A stretch of 64,000 nt of DNA, taken from contig CM035354.1 in assembly GCA_020137815.1 (NCBI GenBank), positions 4,154,001 to 4,218,000 on the forward strand, read 5' to 3'. The DNA is from Hormiphora californensis (taxonomy: Eukaryota; Animalia; Ctenophora). Of this stretch, positions 30,004 to 41,610 are shown piece after piece. The position numbers were made by a program, and so were the translations under genes. The notes under the pieces were generated by a model that was not told where the DNA came from, searched no databases, and saw nothing but the letters and a program-made list of their open reading frames with translations. The number at the start of each line of letters is the position of its first letter. Within the stretch, counting starts at the first letter, position 1.

Positions 30004-31135
30004 GGGGGGGGTGACACGTAACACTTTGTAACACTTTGTAACATGTAACGTGCACAAAAAGTTTTCTGCACATGTTACAAAGTGTTACATAGTGTTACAA
30101 AGTGTTACATAGTGTTACAAAGTGTTACATAGTGTTACATAGTGTTACAAAGTGTTACAAAGTGTTACAAAGTGTTACAAAGTGTTACAAAGTGTTACAT
30201 AGTGTTACAAAGTGTTACATAGTGTTACAAAGTGTTACATAGTGTTACAAAGTGTTACAAAGTGTCACAAAGTGTTACAAATTGTTACAAAGTGTTACAA
30301 ATTGTTACAAATTGTTACAAAGTGTTACAAATTGTTACAAAACACAAGGATTTGTAGCGAAGCAAATTTTCAACGGTTGGTGAATAAGTAATTTGAACGA
30401 CTTTGGTGTCTTTCTAGAACACATCTAAAAGTTTTAAATCATTTCTAGGGTTAAAACATACACTTTTTTACTAATTTGCGGATGTTTTGAGCCTCCGATG
30501 TCATCGACTGTGGAAATCAGGGCTGAAATAGTCCATTTGGTAAAGAAAAATATGAACTTTAGACAACGGTAAAGTTTTTAGAGTGATATTAGAAGTATTG
30601 TGCCTCTCAGAGGCCCCCAATGTGCTGAGTCACCTGTGAGTTGTGACCCAATTGACTTTTTTTCATAGGTAATCGATTCTTTGTACTTAATAAAATGATA
30701 TACGACGTTTCTGTTGGAAAAAGAAATAAAATTTTTCCAAAATCAATTTTTTGGTCAAAGATTGAAAATGTGCTTCGCTACAAATCCTTGTGTTTTTGTA
30801 ACAATTTGTAACACTTTGTAACAATTTGTAACACTTTGTGACACTATGTAACACTTTGTGACACTTTGTAACACTATGTAACAATTTGTAACACTTTGTA
30901 ACACTATGTAACACTTTGTAACACTATGTAACACTTTGTAACACTTTGTAACACTATGTAACACTTTGTAACACTATGTAACACTTTGTAACACTATGTA
31001 ACACTTTGTAACACTATGTAACACTTTGTAACACTATGTAACACTATGTAACACTTTGTAACATGTAACGTGCACAAAAAGTTTTCTGCACATGTTACAA
31101 AGTGTTACAAAGTGTTACGTGTCACCCCCCCCCCC
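30004..31135. mobile_element. Foldback element with poly-G/C termini and about 370-bp TIRs built from a 10-bp satellite (AGTGTTACAW)
   Basis: G8-TGACACGTAACACTTTG ... CAAAGTGTTACGTGTCA-C11. Inverted 10-mer arrays at about 30073-30340 and 30795-31063. TATTATA duplicated on both flanks. Confidence 0.88.
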
Positions 31136-31449
31136 TATTATAATTGGCCAATTCCTGAAAGGCCTATGTGTGTTATAGCTGGAATCAAGCCTTGTGTATA
31201 ATATTAGTAGCTGTTGTTGATGTTATAGTTTGTAGGCATATTGTTATGACAACTAATTTTGTACAGATATGAAACGTATATTTATTTCTATCACTTTAAC
31301 AAAATACGCTGTTGTTAAAAATCTCTGTGACAAATAAAACGAATTACTTCAATTTCACGAAAATGGTTCGACATGTTTCTCTCCCAAGTTGTTCAAACTA
31401 TCTCTTATTGACTTTGAAGTAAAATTAAAAAGAGATTAATTCAACCATC

Positions 31450-33675
31450 TCATGTCTCTGGGTCATCCGAGCAGTCCCGTGTCAAACAATTGCTCAACGA
31501 TAAAAATGGGAAATTGTCACTATCAACACCCGTGTATCCCAACAGTAACTTTTCTTTAAAATAAAAGTTATCTAGAGCTAGCTTGTGCTCAATCGTCAGA
31601 TTAGCAAATGCTAACGCAGTCAATTCCTCCGAACTAAACAAGTCTTTTCCATCTTCAATTCGACTGGCTGGGAACTCAAACTTTTCTAAACTTGGCACCT
31701 CTCTCTTTAGCTGCTCTATGTGTTCCTCAGCAGTTTCTAGCGGGGCTATTAGGTTGAATCGTGTTGAGCAGAGGGCAATTTGATCCACGTAGGGCGCGAA
31801 GTGGTGGTTATCTTGAACTGAAACGTTGAGGTGGGATAAGTGAAGTTTAGGAAAAACACGATAAATTATTGTGTACTTATCATTATTATGTGTCACTTCT
31901 TTCTCCAAAACTAATTATATCCCTAATTACCCTCTAATTACCATTTTGGTGCTCTAGGAGATGGTCCACGAACTGTTCAAATGATGGTCGATATGAATGC
32001 CAGGGTTTCCATGCCTTCCTCGCTTCAGATCCATAGTTATTCTCTATTATATTCTGGGCGAATGAGGGAGATGATTGTTAATTTCGTAGAATCTATATAA
32101 TGGTATAGCTAATAGGGTTCTTGCTTCCCCAAATAAAATAACTCTTTAGAACAACTTCTCATTCTCTCTCTCTCTCTCCCCTTACTTTAATTGCTCATTC
32201 TCTCTTGTCTAGACAATACAACGAGATAACTATTATAACAGCACACTGTCTGGTTTCATATATTCAAATAGTTAAACTAGTCTGGTACGAGATTTACTGC
32301 TAAGTGGCCATTAGAATTGGGTAAGCGGTAAAGGTTGACATACTGAATTGGCATACTGGAGTTGCTTTAAATCAGCTACAAACGATCCTACCGCGTACAA
32401 AAATGAATCTACAAAAAGGGTCGAAATGCTACTAGCAGTAGCAGTGCTACTGGTACAAAAGTGCTAACTGCTATTACATACCTGAACAATTCGTATATAA
32501 CCGCCACCTAGATTCCGAATGATTTTGTTCCGATATCCGCTAACGAGCCTGACAAAGGGATGTCGGACAAAGGTAACGGAGTAATACTCTGCTAAGGCCT
32601 TCTTTTGAAATTCTTCAGGTTCATCCCATAGACTCCTGGATGAGAAAATACGTGTTGAAAAAAGAACTTTCTCCTTTCAGTATAACCTAATCATGTACAT
32701 CTCCAGCAAGCCAATTCCCGACAGTCGACAACATTCAACCACCATTCGCCCCCAGAAATAGAATTCACCAAAAATAAACCCATGTATCCTGCAGTACTTA
32801 CATTAGTTCGGGGTGTTCTTTTTCCTCGTGGACGTTTTCCATGTCAGTATAGTTCAACTCACTGCCCCCGATTCGCAGTAAAAACTTCTTAAAGGATGTG
32901 CTACCTGAAACAAGGAATAGTGACAGAGCTGGTATTCTTAAACTAATATCTGCACATTGCACAATTAATGCTAAACAAATTCAACCTTTTCTTTTTATGT
33001 ATCAACCCTAAATGAAGATCTAGAATGAAATTATCAACTAACTCTCGAATAACGTACCACATTTTGGGTTTGCAATGTAGAGAAGTCGATGCTGTGAGTT
33101 GTAATAAGCCATTCGGGGATAAGAATGGTTAGTATCTAGTCCAGTCTTATGGCACTCTTTCTTTATCTTTTTCGCAAGGTCTTTTTGACTCGGGGGCTTG
33201 AACTTTCTCTGGGGGGTTTCCAGAACATTAAAAAGATCTAGTATTTTCCAAAAATAGCATAGTTTGAAGTTAATTTTCCGCTCATAGTTACCTTGTTAAT
33301 GTCTGAGATGATTCTTCGAATTCGGGGTGTAAGATGGAATTCTCTACTTCCCTCTCCCTCCCCAATCAACACCTTCATCTCGGATGTTAGCTCGGATGGA
33401 ATTCCTGCGGGATTGATTAATTAGGGACCAAGAAAAAAAGGGAATACTAAAATGAGAATCGAGATCCCTTGCGGCTTGCACCTCACTATAAGAATCACTT
33501 CAAATGATTGAACAAGCTCCAACAGGGTCTGGCTGTGGTCTGGGAACCCCAGCAGCTCGAATACCTGGAGTTGGCCTCAGTGTATATCCATGTATAGAAA
33601 CAGGGGTAGTCTTCACCAGACCCTCTAAATCTCCAGCGGGTGTTGGCTCTTCTGTTGGGACCAGCTGTACATCAT
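31450..33675 (-). CDS. Golgi-type carbohydrate sulfotransferase (Sulfotransfer_2 / CHST8-14-like); first TM exon unresolved, possibly near 36055-36175
   Basis: Exons 33675-33565, 33404-33292, 33208-33058, 32904-32802, 32635-32482, 32053-31942, 31817-31450, phase-consistent. 5'-PSB HRLLYIANPKCGSTSFKK, 3'-PB TFVRHPFVRLVSGYRNK, also PSFEQFVDHL and NHHFAPY..C..FNLIAPLET. Confidence 0.9.
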
Positions 33676-33681
33676 CTGTTA

Positions 33682-34107
33682 GTATACTTGGTAATTGCAG
33701 GACGGGCCACGATAAACCTGGAAGTAGAATTGGTTGGGATTGGTTGGAATTTATTGTTATTTGTTTTTTGCTGGGTCGAGCAACGCAAGTATTCATTTGC
33801 TGATGTGATCTGATAGGGAACCTAAGATCTCGAGAGAGGCTGTCAAAACCTTCACACCATGCCGAATTTGGAAGTTTATTGTAATCCAAAGTTCCAGATG
33901 AATACTCAAAAGCCGAAACCTAGATTTGTCAGAAGAGAGAAAGAGATCCCATAAACTTTTATTAATCTGACTTAGATTTCCCCACGCCAATCTCAGAATG
34001 CACTCACCCGTATTTCCATATTTGTCATGGTAGCTGCCCGCAAGGAGGAAAATAACAATAACAGAAATAAAAATGACAATTTTAACCGCCGAGAATCCAG
34101 TGAAAGC
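33682..34107. repeat. Direct repeat A, copy 1 (copy 2 at about 35667-36033)
   Basis: GTATACTTGGTAATTGCAGGA...ACCGCCGAGAA.CC.GTGAAAGC recurs with substitutions and indels. Confidence 0.85.
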
Positions 34108-35667
34108 AAGGTGGCCACGGATTGTTGGTCATGGTTAGCGAGGTGGTGCGTCAAAACGGTGATAGTTGTGAGAATAAAAATTATGGGAGCACTCTGGATC
34201 AATTCCTTGGTAACTTTTTCCATAATTTTTTGTCAAAAATTCGAAAATTCATTTTTCATTCCTTCATTCATTTCTCGTTCATTCATGATGTGAGCATCCT
34301 AATTTTCCATCATTATGCTATTTTTCTTTGGCTTGAATTTATCTTTCCAATGAGCACCATGAAAATGAAATTGAAGCACCAGGTCACTCAGCAGTTGAGA
34401 AAATGTTCATGCATGATTTTGGCTCTTTTTGCGACTTTCAAACAGATGTATCACGGCTATCTTTCGTTTAATCTTCTTAAAACTTTGGGAAAACATTGGA
34501 TAAGCAAAGATCTTTGCTCACAAGAAAAATCAAGGCCAAAGATCAAAGTTCATTTTTCATTTTTGTTAGTTCATTCCGTTCATTCAGGAACCAACGTCCC
34601 TAAAGTGATGAAAAGGTTTGGGTTTTGTTTGGCCCATGTCCTGCAATGACAGAGAGGTGTAATAGCGTGTTTCCGGGCTAGTTTGTGGGTGTCCATGTGA
34701 TCATGATGATATCTGACACCTTTTCTGAGCCATAATTAAGGTATTTTCTCAAATTCAAGCATGTAACTTGGTTTTTCTGCGATTAGTACCGTGCAGCAAT
34801 GTTATGAGATCTCTAACACCTCAAATGATGATTAGCTCAATGAAATGAGTTGATTTATGATTGAAAAGATTAAAACCGATGTCAAATTGAACGAAACGAA
34901 CAATTACATCATAAATCAACTCATTTCATTGAGCTAATCATTATTTTTGAGGTGTTATGAGATCTCCTAACATTACTGCACGGTACTAATCGCAGAAAAA
35001 CCAAGTTACATGCTTGAATTTGAGAAAATCCCTTAATTATGGCTCAGAAAAGGTGTCAGATATCATCATGATCACATGGACACCCACAAACTAGCCCGGA
35101 AACACGCTATTACACCTCTCTGTCATTGCAGGACATGGGCCAAACAAAACCCAAACCTTTTCATCACTTTAGGGATGTTGGTTCCTGAATGAACGGAATG
35201 AACTAACAAAAATGAAAAATGAACTTTGATCTTTGGCCTTGATTTTTCTTGTGAGCAAAGATCTTTGCTTATCCAATGTTTTCCCAAAGTTTTAAGAAGA
35301 TTGAACGAAAGGTAGCCGTGATACAGCTGTTTGAAAGTCGCAAAAAGAGCCAAAATCATGCATGAACATTTTCTAAACTGCTGAGTGACCTGGTGCTTCA
35401 ATGTCATTTTCATGGTGCTCATTGGAAAGATAAATTCAAGCCAAAGAAAAATAGCATAATGATGGAAAATTAGGATGCTCACATCATGAATGAACGAGAA
35501 ATGAATGATGGAATGAAAAATGAATTTTCGAATTTTTGACAAAAAATTATGGAAAAAGTTACCAAGGAATTGATCCAGAGTGCTCCCATAATTTTTATTC
35601 TCACAACTATCACCGTTTTGACGCACCACCTCGCTAACCATGACCAACAATCCGTGGCCCACCTTGT
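34108..35667. mobile_element. Long foldback (about 750-bp inverted arms, about 46-bp spacer at 34862-34907)
   Basis: CAAGGTGGCCACGGATTGTTGG ... CCAACAATCCGTGGCCCACCTTG. The mirror ORFs 34122-34649(+) and 35123-35662(-) are nearly identical. Confidence 0.9.
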
Positions 35668-36033
35668 ATACTTGGTAATTGCAGGATGGGCCACGATAAA
35701 CCTGCAGTGAAGTTGGTTGTTGATGGCGATTTGATCTGATAGGGAACCTAAGATCTCGAGAGGGAGGCTTTCAAATCCTTCACACCATGCCGAATTTGGA
35801 AGTCTATTGTAATCCAAAGTTCCAGATGAATACTCGAAATCTGAAACCTAGATTTGTCAGAAGAGAGGAAGAGATGCCATAAACTTTTATTATTCTGATT
35901 TAGTTTTCCCCACGCCAATCTCAGAACACTCACCCGTATTTCCATATTTGTCACGGTAGCTGCCCGCAAGGAGGAAAATAACAATAACAGAAATAAAGAT
36001 GACAAGTTTAACCGCCGAGAAACCGGTGAAAGC
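35667..36033. repeat. Direct repeat A, copy 2
   Basis: Same orientation as 33682-34107. Confidence 0.85.
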
Positions 36034-37269
36034 TGATCCAGTAGCTGCCACACCCGTCATGATAAATTAGTAAAGAAGTATATCAGAGAAAGAGGATCAG
36101 CTGAGTGACAACAATGTAGCCCACAATATATTATAGCAGGTGTGCTCTTATAACGTACCAGCTGCTAGTAGCCATGTAAGGGGGCTTTGTTTGTTGCTCT
36201 AACTATATAACTTATATAGCCCGGAGTGTTCTTTTGTATACATCCTAGCTTATATTATATAAGCTGATGTATACAAAAGAACACTCCGGGCTATATCTAT
36301 TGTAGAGAGGCATGAAAGAAAGGGACGTGTACTGTTTGGTGAGGGAAGCTTTTGATATTCAAAAAAGAACACGCCCACACAAATGATTCCCGATCTATAT
36401 CGAAGGAATGATATATTCTCCAAACCCACTGCACCATACTGTGCGAGATAAAAACAGCAGATAAATGTGTGAGCCACATATACCTTGTATAGCAGCTGAT
36501 ATTACACACGAGATATCCCCATGGTCTAACCATGTCCGTACTAGACTCGCACTCATCTATGCCAGGGTTACCAGGTAACTCATTAAACACCTGCGGGATG
36601 TAATCACTGGTTAGCTTATAATTAGCTAATTAGAACGGTTTTGCAGAGACCGCGCCGCTTTTGTTACCAAGGATAATCTGGATTTTGTCAAGAAGGGACG
36701 GTGTGGGAACAGTGACGTTGAGTTTTCTACTAATGATGATGACGATGAGGAGGCTAGGTGCTAGGTGCTAGGTGCTACTGTAACAGCCTCTACCCAAATG
36801 TGAGTTGAATTTGGGGGGGGGGGGTAGGACTGTGGAGGCTAGATGCTACAGCCTCTTTACAAATGTGAGTTGAATGGGGGGAGCCGGGGAGGGGGGGTTG
36901 GAGGCTATAAGGTGCGACAGCCTCTACCCAACTATGAGTTGAGTTAAGTTGGGGGGATAAATGTGAGTTGTTGCGGCATAATCCGAGACATCAGTATTGC
37001 TCAACCCTCTCTCACCGCACCCAATAAAAGAAGAAAATAAGAAGGGTGTCTGGGAATAGTTAAACCGCCAGTCGAACAATATTTCGAATGATGTAATGCA
37101 AATACTGCATATTAAATTTCTGGGCAGATAAATTGACTTGCGATGCAACTGTTTATATCTCACCCTCCAGTCATTATCTTTCCCTCTTTCATTCCCTTCT
37201 TTTTTTCTGTCAAGAATTTACGAGAAGGATTGAAGGAAGATCTATAATCATATTTCAGAATTCAGGGGG

Positions 37270-37890
37270 AATATTAAAACAAATCGAAATCTCCCTTATC
37301 CACAGCAAACGTGGTTGAGAAAAGTGCAGAGGAAAGAGCCATTGAGCCAATGCTAACACCTACATCCCCAAACTACCTCTACCAAAAGAGTGTGTCAGTT
37401 TTATCGAAGCTATTGAGTTGTAGCTGGTTGTATACGTATGAAAACCTGTCTGACGGCGGCGCCCATCCGATCTGAGACCTATAGTGGAGAGCTCCAATCA
37501 GAGTCAATAATGAAATCATCAGTAATTTATTTTTTATGAGACACAGCTGATCTATAATTATATCCATGACAGTGTTTAACCAAAACGGGGTGATCTATCT
37601 GATAGCCAACACCAAAGTCTGAATATAATGCCAAGCAACACCATGGAAAAGCTGGGTAGCGCCCGGATCTCGGAAACGTTCCTCGTTTGGAATTATCAAA
37701 TCCGTGCTGCTTTCTCGGGTATGATTTAAAATTCCAAGAATTACTCCTGTGGCCGTATGGATGATTTCAATTCCAAGAACATATAGTATCCAGGTGCACG
37801 TTCTATTTTTGGAAAACCATCGCGTGCTAGGAGAATACGTTGCTCTAACATGATGAATATAACTATGCACTGTTATGTAGTAGGAGCTGG
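37270..37890 (-). pseudogene. Possible degenerate or frameshifted 7TM receptor fragment
   Basis: Stitched frames give successive hydrophobic helices (IVIFIMLE; WILYVLGIEIIH; YIQTLVLAI..FWLNTVMDIII; LLMISLLTLIGAL; WLFPLHF). Several frameshifts are needed. Confidence 0.4.
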
Positions 37891-38916
37891 GAGAGGTCAG
37901 AACTGAACGTGACCCTGCTGACGCACATTTAACCGGCAGTAGTTATAACATCTGGCACGGCTGGGCCGGGGGGGGGGGAATGGAATAGAAATATTTCATT
38001 CGAATGCATTCCCACTGTATAAACAGCTTAGTAAACTTTTGAATAAGAATTAACATTTCCCCCTCTCCCCCTCAAGTCGGAGATAGACTCAGCTCTACCT
38101 ACTATCTGGGGTTACAATGCACATATATTTGTCCATTCGGAGCTGTTTCGAAACAAAATCTCAAAAATGTGCCCCGGCCCCTTAGGTCCTAGGATGTCTA
38201 GACGACATCTTTAGCTGCAATCTGATGACTCGAAAATTTGCGAAGAATTTGAGTAGCGCTTCCGCAATTGGCCGAAAACTATGCGAATGTTCAAATGTCC
38301 AAGTTGTTCAGTCTAGAGCAGGAGTGGTGTGCCCTCAACTGAGCAGAGAGAGACCGGGGGAGAAGATAAAGAAGATAGTGCATCATGATGGTGATGACTG
38401 ATGATGCAGAAGAAGAAGATGAGAAAGAGAAGCAGTTATTTGATACCAACATACATACATGAACTAACTAACTAAGCAATAAGGGAATAAATTGTGAACT
38501 AACATAAAAGACTATACTAGTATAGCTTAGCAGCCATGACCCCCTCAAATATTATGACAATTTGTAACACCATTATGTGTATGGCATTGTTTTTACAAAG
38601 AAATTGCTGGTTATTTAGCTTTTAAAAAAGATAAGAATTCACAGAGGGTTTAGCCACGTTTTACACCAAATCTGATTATGACATGAACCGAATATGATTT
38701 TGGTTACGACATACATCACATGGCACTGTCATGACTCATCTACCAACTAGAAGGTATGAGAGAGTCTCGCAGTATGAGACCACGATTATCAAAGTATCCA
38801 AACTGGGGGGGGAGACATGTTGCAGTCATAGCTGCAGTAGTAGCACTGTCATGTAGAACTTATGAGACCACAATAAGACCACGTTTATCAAGTATCCAAA
38901 GTGGGGGAGTGGGCTA

Positions 38917-41133
38917 CTATCCAGTTGTACTGATGGATAGAGTCTGCTGTTCAGTTACCATCTGATCACTACTAACCACACATCCCAGGACTCCACCCCT
39001 TATCCTCCCTGCTAACTTCCTCGCCTCCTCTTTCACGTGGCTACTCCGGGATAGGACCACGGCATTAGCGAGACTGTTCAGGGTGGGGAAGATGAAGATG
39101 AGGGAGTTGAAGGTTTCAACATTACAGAACACTTGAAGCTCCCAGATTGGGGAGTTAGCGCTCGAGCACACTATAGGTTGAATCAGGAAGAACGCTCCAA
39201 ACACGCCATAGCATAGGAAGTTAACCATTGCTAGTGCCACGATAGATTGTGTAGCCTTTCTATACTCGTTGGGCACTAACGGGTTAACTAAACCACACAG
39301 AGAGCAGAGAGCCAGGAGGAAGGATAGAGTCACCACAACTAGGAACAACCCCCACTCGGACTCCGCGAAATATGTTGTGAAGTAGAATTTCTGGTCTAGA
39401 ATCACCATGGAAATGGCCAGCACCCAACACACTGCGACCATGCAGAATACCCGTGTGGAGGAGACCATGGTTCGGTAGAGGAAGGGTCGGAGGAGTGCCA
39501 GGAGGCGGAGGGAGACGAGGAGGATAGTACTGAACTCAGCCGCGTAGACACTGAACAACTCTGTAGTGTGAGGGGAGGGGGTGAACAACTCTGTAGTGTG
39601 AGGGGAGGGGGTAAACAACTCTGCTAGTATGAGAAGAGGGGGTGAACATGAGGGGGTTGGGGATATAGATGGCGGGGTGGGGTATCAGGAATAAACGGAT
39701 CAGGATCTAGCCCTTCCCTCACCTCATTAAATGAAATTGGTGCTCAAAGAAAGTAGGTACATATTTGACTAAATTTGACCTGATAAAACAATTTCCAACT
39801 GTACCTATATAGAGTGCAGCGTTTTCAAAGTTAGCCAATGCCTCCGTCATCCTCTCTCTATAGCTGTACAGCTTCACTGAGTAGATTGAGATGCAGCAGA
39901 CACTTGATATGATGTCCAGGGTGAGAGTGTTGAGAAATGCCCCCGCCACTGGAAGACGCCACGATCGGGAGTATACCACCAGCTGTGTGGGGTTAGAGGG
40001 GTTAGAGGGGAGTATACGACCAGCTGTGTGGGGTGAGAGGGGTTAGAGGGAGTACACGACCAACTATGTGGGGTTAGAGGGGTTAGAGGGAGTACACAAC
40101 CAGCTGTGTGGGGTGAGAGGGGTTAGAGGGAGTATACCACCAGCTGTGTGGGGTGAGAGGGGTTAGAGGGAGTACACGACCAGCTGTGTGGGGTGAGAGG
40201 GGTTAGATATAGAGGGGGTATACGACCAGCTGTGTGGGGTGAGAGGGGTTAGAGGGGGTATACGACCAGCTGTGTGGGGTGAGAGGGGTTAGAGGGAGTA
40301 CACAACCAGCTGTGTGAGGTTAGAGGGGTTATAGGGAGTATACGACTCTGTCCAATGCTCTGACCACAGAACTGTCTCGAGCGCTCTGCGTACAGACCTT
40401 ATTTGAGAGAAATGATAATAGGGTCAGGCCAATGCTCTGACAGATACGACTAGCTGTCGGAGTATAGTTTGGCGATCAAGCTAAACGCTCTATTTTATGA
40501 AATGCGATTGGATATGTCAACTCCCTTCAATAGATGTCAGATCAGAGACAGATAGAAGAAGGGGGCGGGGAAGAAATATGAAGGTTTTTTTTTCTGAAGA
40601 AGTGGTGGAACAAATGAACGTTCACAGAGACTTTCATTTGAAATTGCTACCATCTTGAAACGCATGAATAAGTTGAGTTAATTAACAGAAGAGCCATGCA
40701 TTAGAATTGTCGACTTCGAGTACGTGGCTTCGTTCTATTAATAGCTTGAAATTCAACCATACGCTGAGGCTCATAACCTCAGAAACTTTCAGACAAATCT
40801 GACAGGATATTAAAGGGGTTGAGAAGTTTTACATCCCTAAAAGGGGTATAACTTGACAGACTATTATCTGTCAACTAGAAAAACTTTTGAGTAAAAGTTA
40901 AGCTAAAGTTTAAGATAAAGATAGGGTGAATCGGAAAATATATTAACAAAAGCTATTAATAGATTGTAGATTGAGTTATCCATTTAATAGCATGACAGCA
41001 GCAATATGTTTCTTACCAAGAAAGAGTTGTAGAGCAGGTTCACAATAGCAATGGGGATACAGATGGAGGGCACAACTCGTTGAAATATATCCTTCCTGTT
41101 CCACTGCGATGCCATGTCATCCAACAGAGCCAT
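38917..41133 (-). CDS. Divergent class-A-like GPCR, 3 exons (41133-41017, 39982-39805, 39560-38917)
   Basis: Seven hydrophobic segments. TM1 PSICIPIAIVNLLYNSFL, TM3 STILLVSLRLLALLRPF, TM7 IFIFPTLNSLANAVVLSRS. Phase-consistent splicing. Confidence 0.85.
39553..39643. repeat. 30-bp tandem repeat (about 3 copies) spanning the exon-3 acceptor
   Basis: Unit GAACAACTCTGTAGTGTGAGGGGAGGGGGT. Confidence 0.9.
39975..40345. repeat. About 40-bp minisatellite (9 copies) spanning the exon-2 acceptor
   Basis: Unit about ACCAGCTGTGTGGGGTGAGAGGGGTTAGAGGGAGTACACG. Confidence 0.92.
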
Positions 41134-41610
41134 AATAACTTTGCGAGCGAATCAGCTCCTAAGTTGAATATATGCAGGTCAGAAAACAACTGACTGCGTT
41201 TGCAGTGTCTCCCGAACTACACTCCCAGCTTATCAGTAGGACATGGGTCATATGATACCCCGCATGCAGGATATATACTGTATATATTCGTGACCTGAAT
41301 TTGACACCTCCTAGAATTCAGAGGAAAAAAAGAACGTTAGCAAGCAAATTAAGAAGTTGGTAAAATGATACCTGAGATAGACACCCCAAAAGAAACGACA
41401 ATTTCACAAACTGATAACAACATCACGCAACATTTTTTCTTACTTTTTTTTCTGTCTGTATCTGAGTTGTTCTGTGTCAATTCCAGTGGAACTGCAGAAC
41501 TGGAATTTAACTTCCACTTCCAGTTTGTCATAGTTGTGTGACTCAGCCTGCTTCATCTTATCACACGATCAACTCTATAGTTCTTGTCTCTATAGCAACC
41601 AGCTGTTACC

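Noticed and set aside
30687-30964. HSVTKCY-repeat ORFs
   Set aside because: Translation of a 10-bp satellite.
34122-35662. Twin 175/179-aa ORFs on opposite strands
   Set aside because: They are mirror images of a foldback's arms, with no recognisable domain.
39975-40345. CRISPR-like regular repeats
   Set aside because: No unique spacers, no cas genes, eukaryotic intron; this is a minisatellite.
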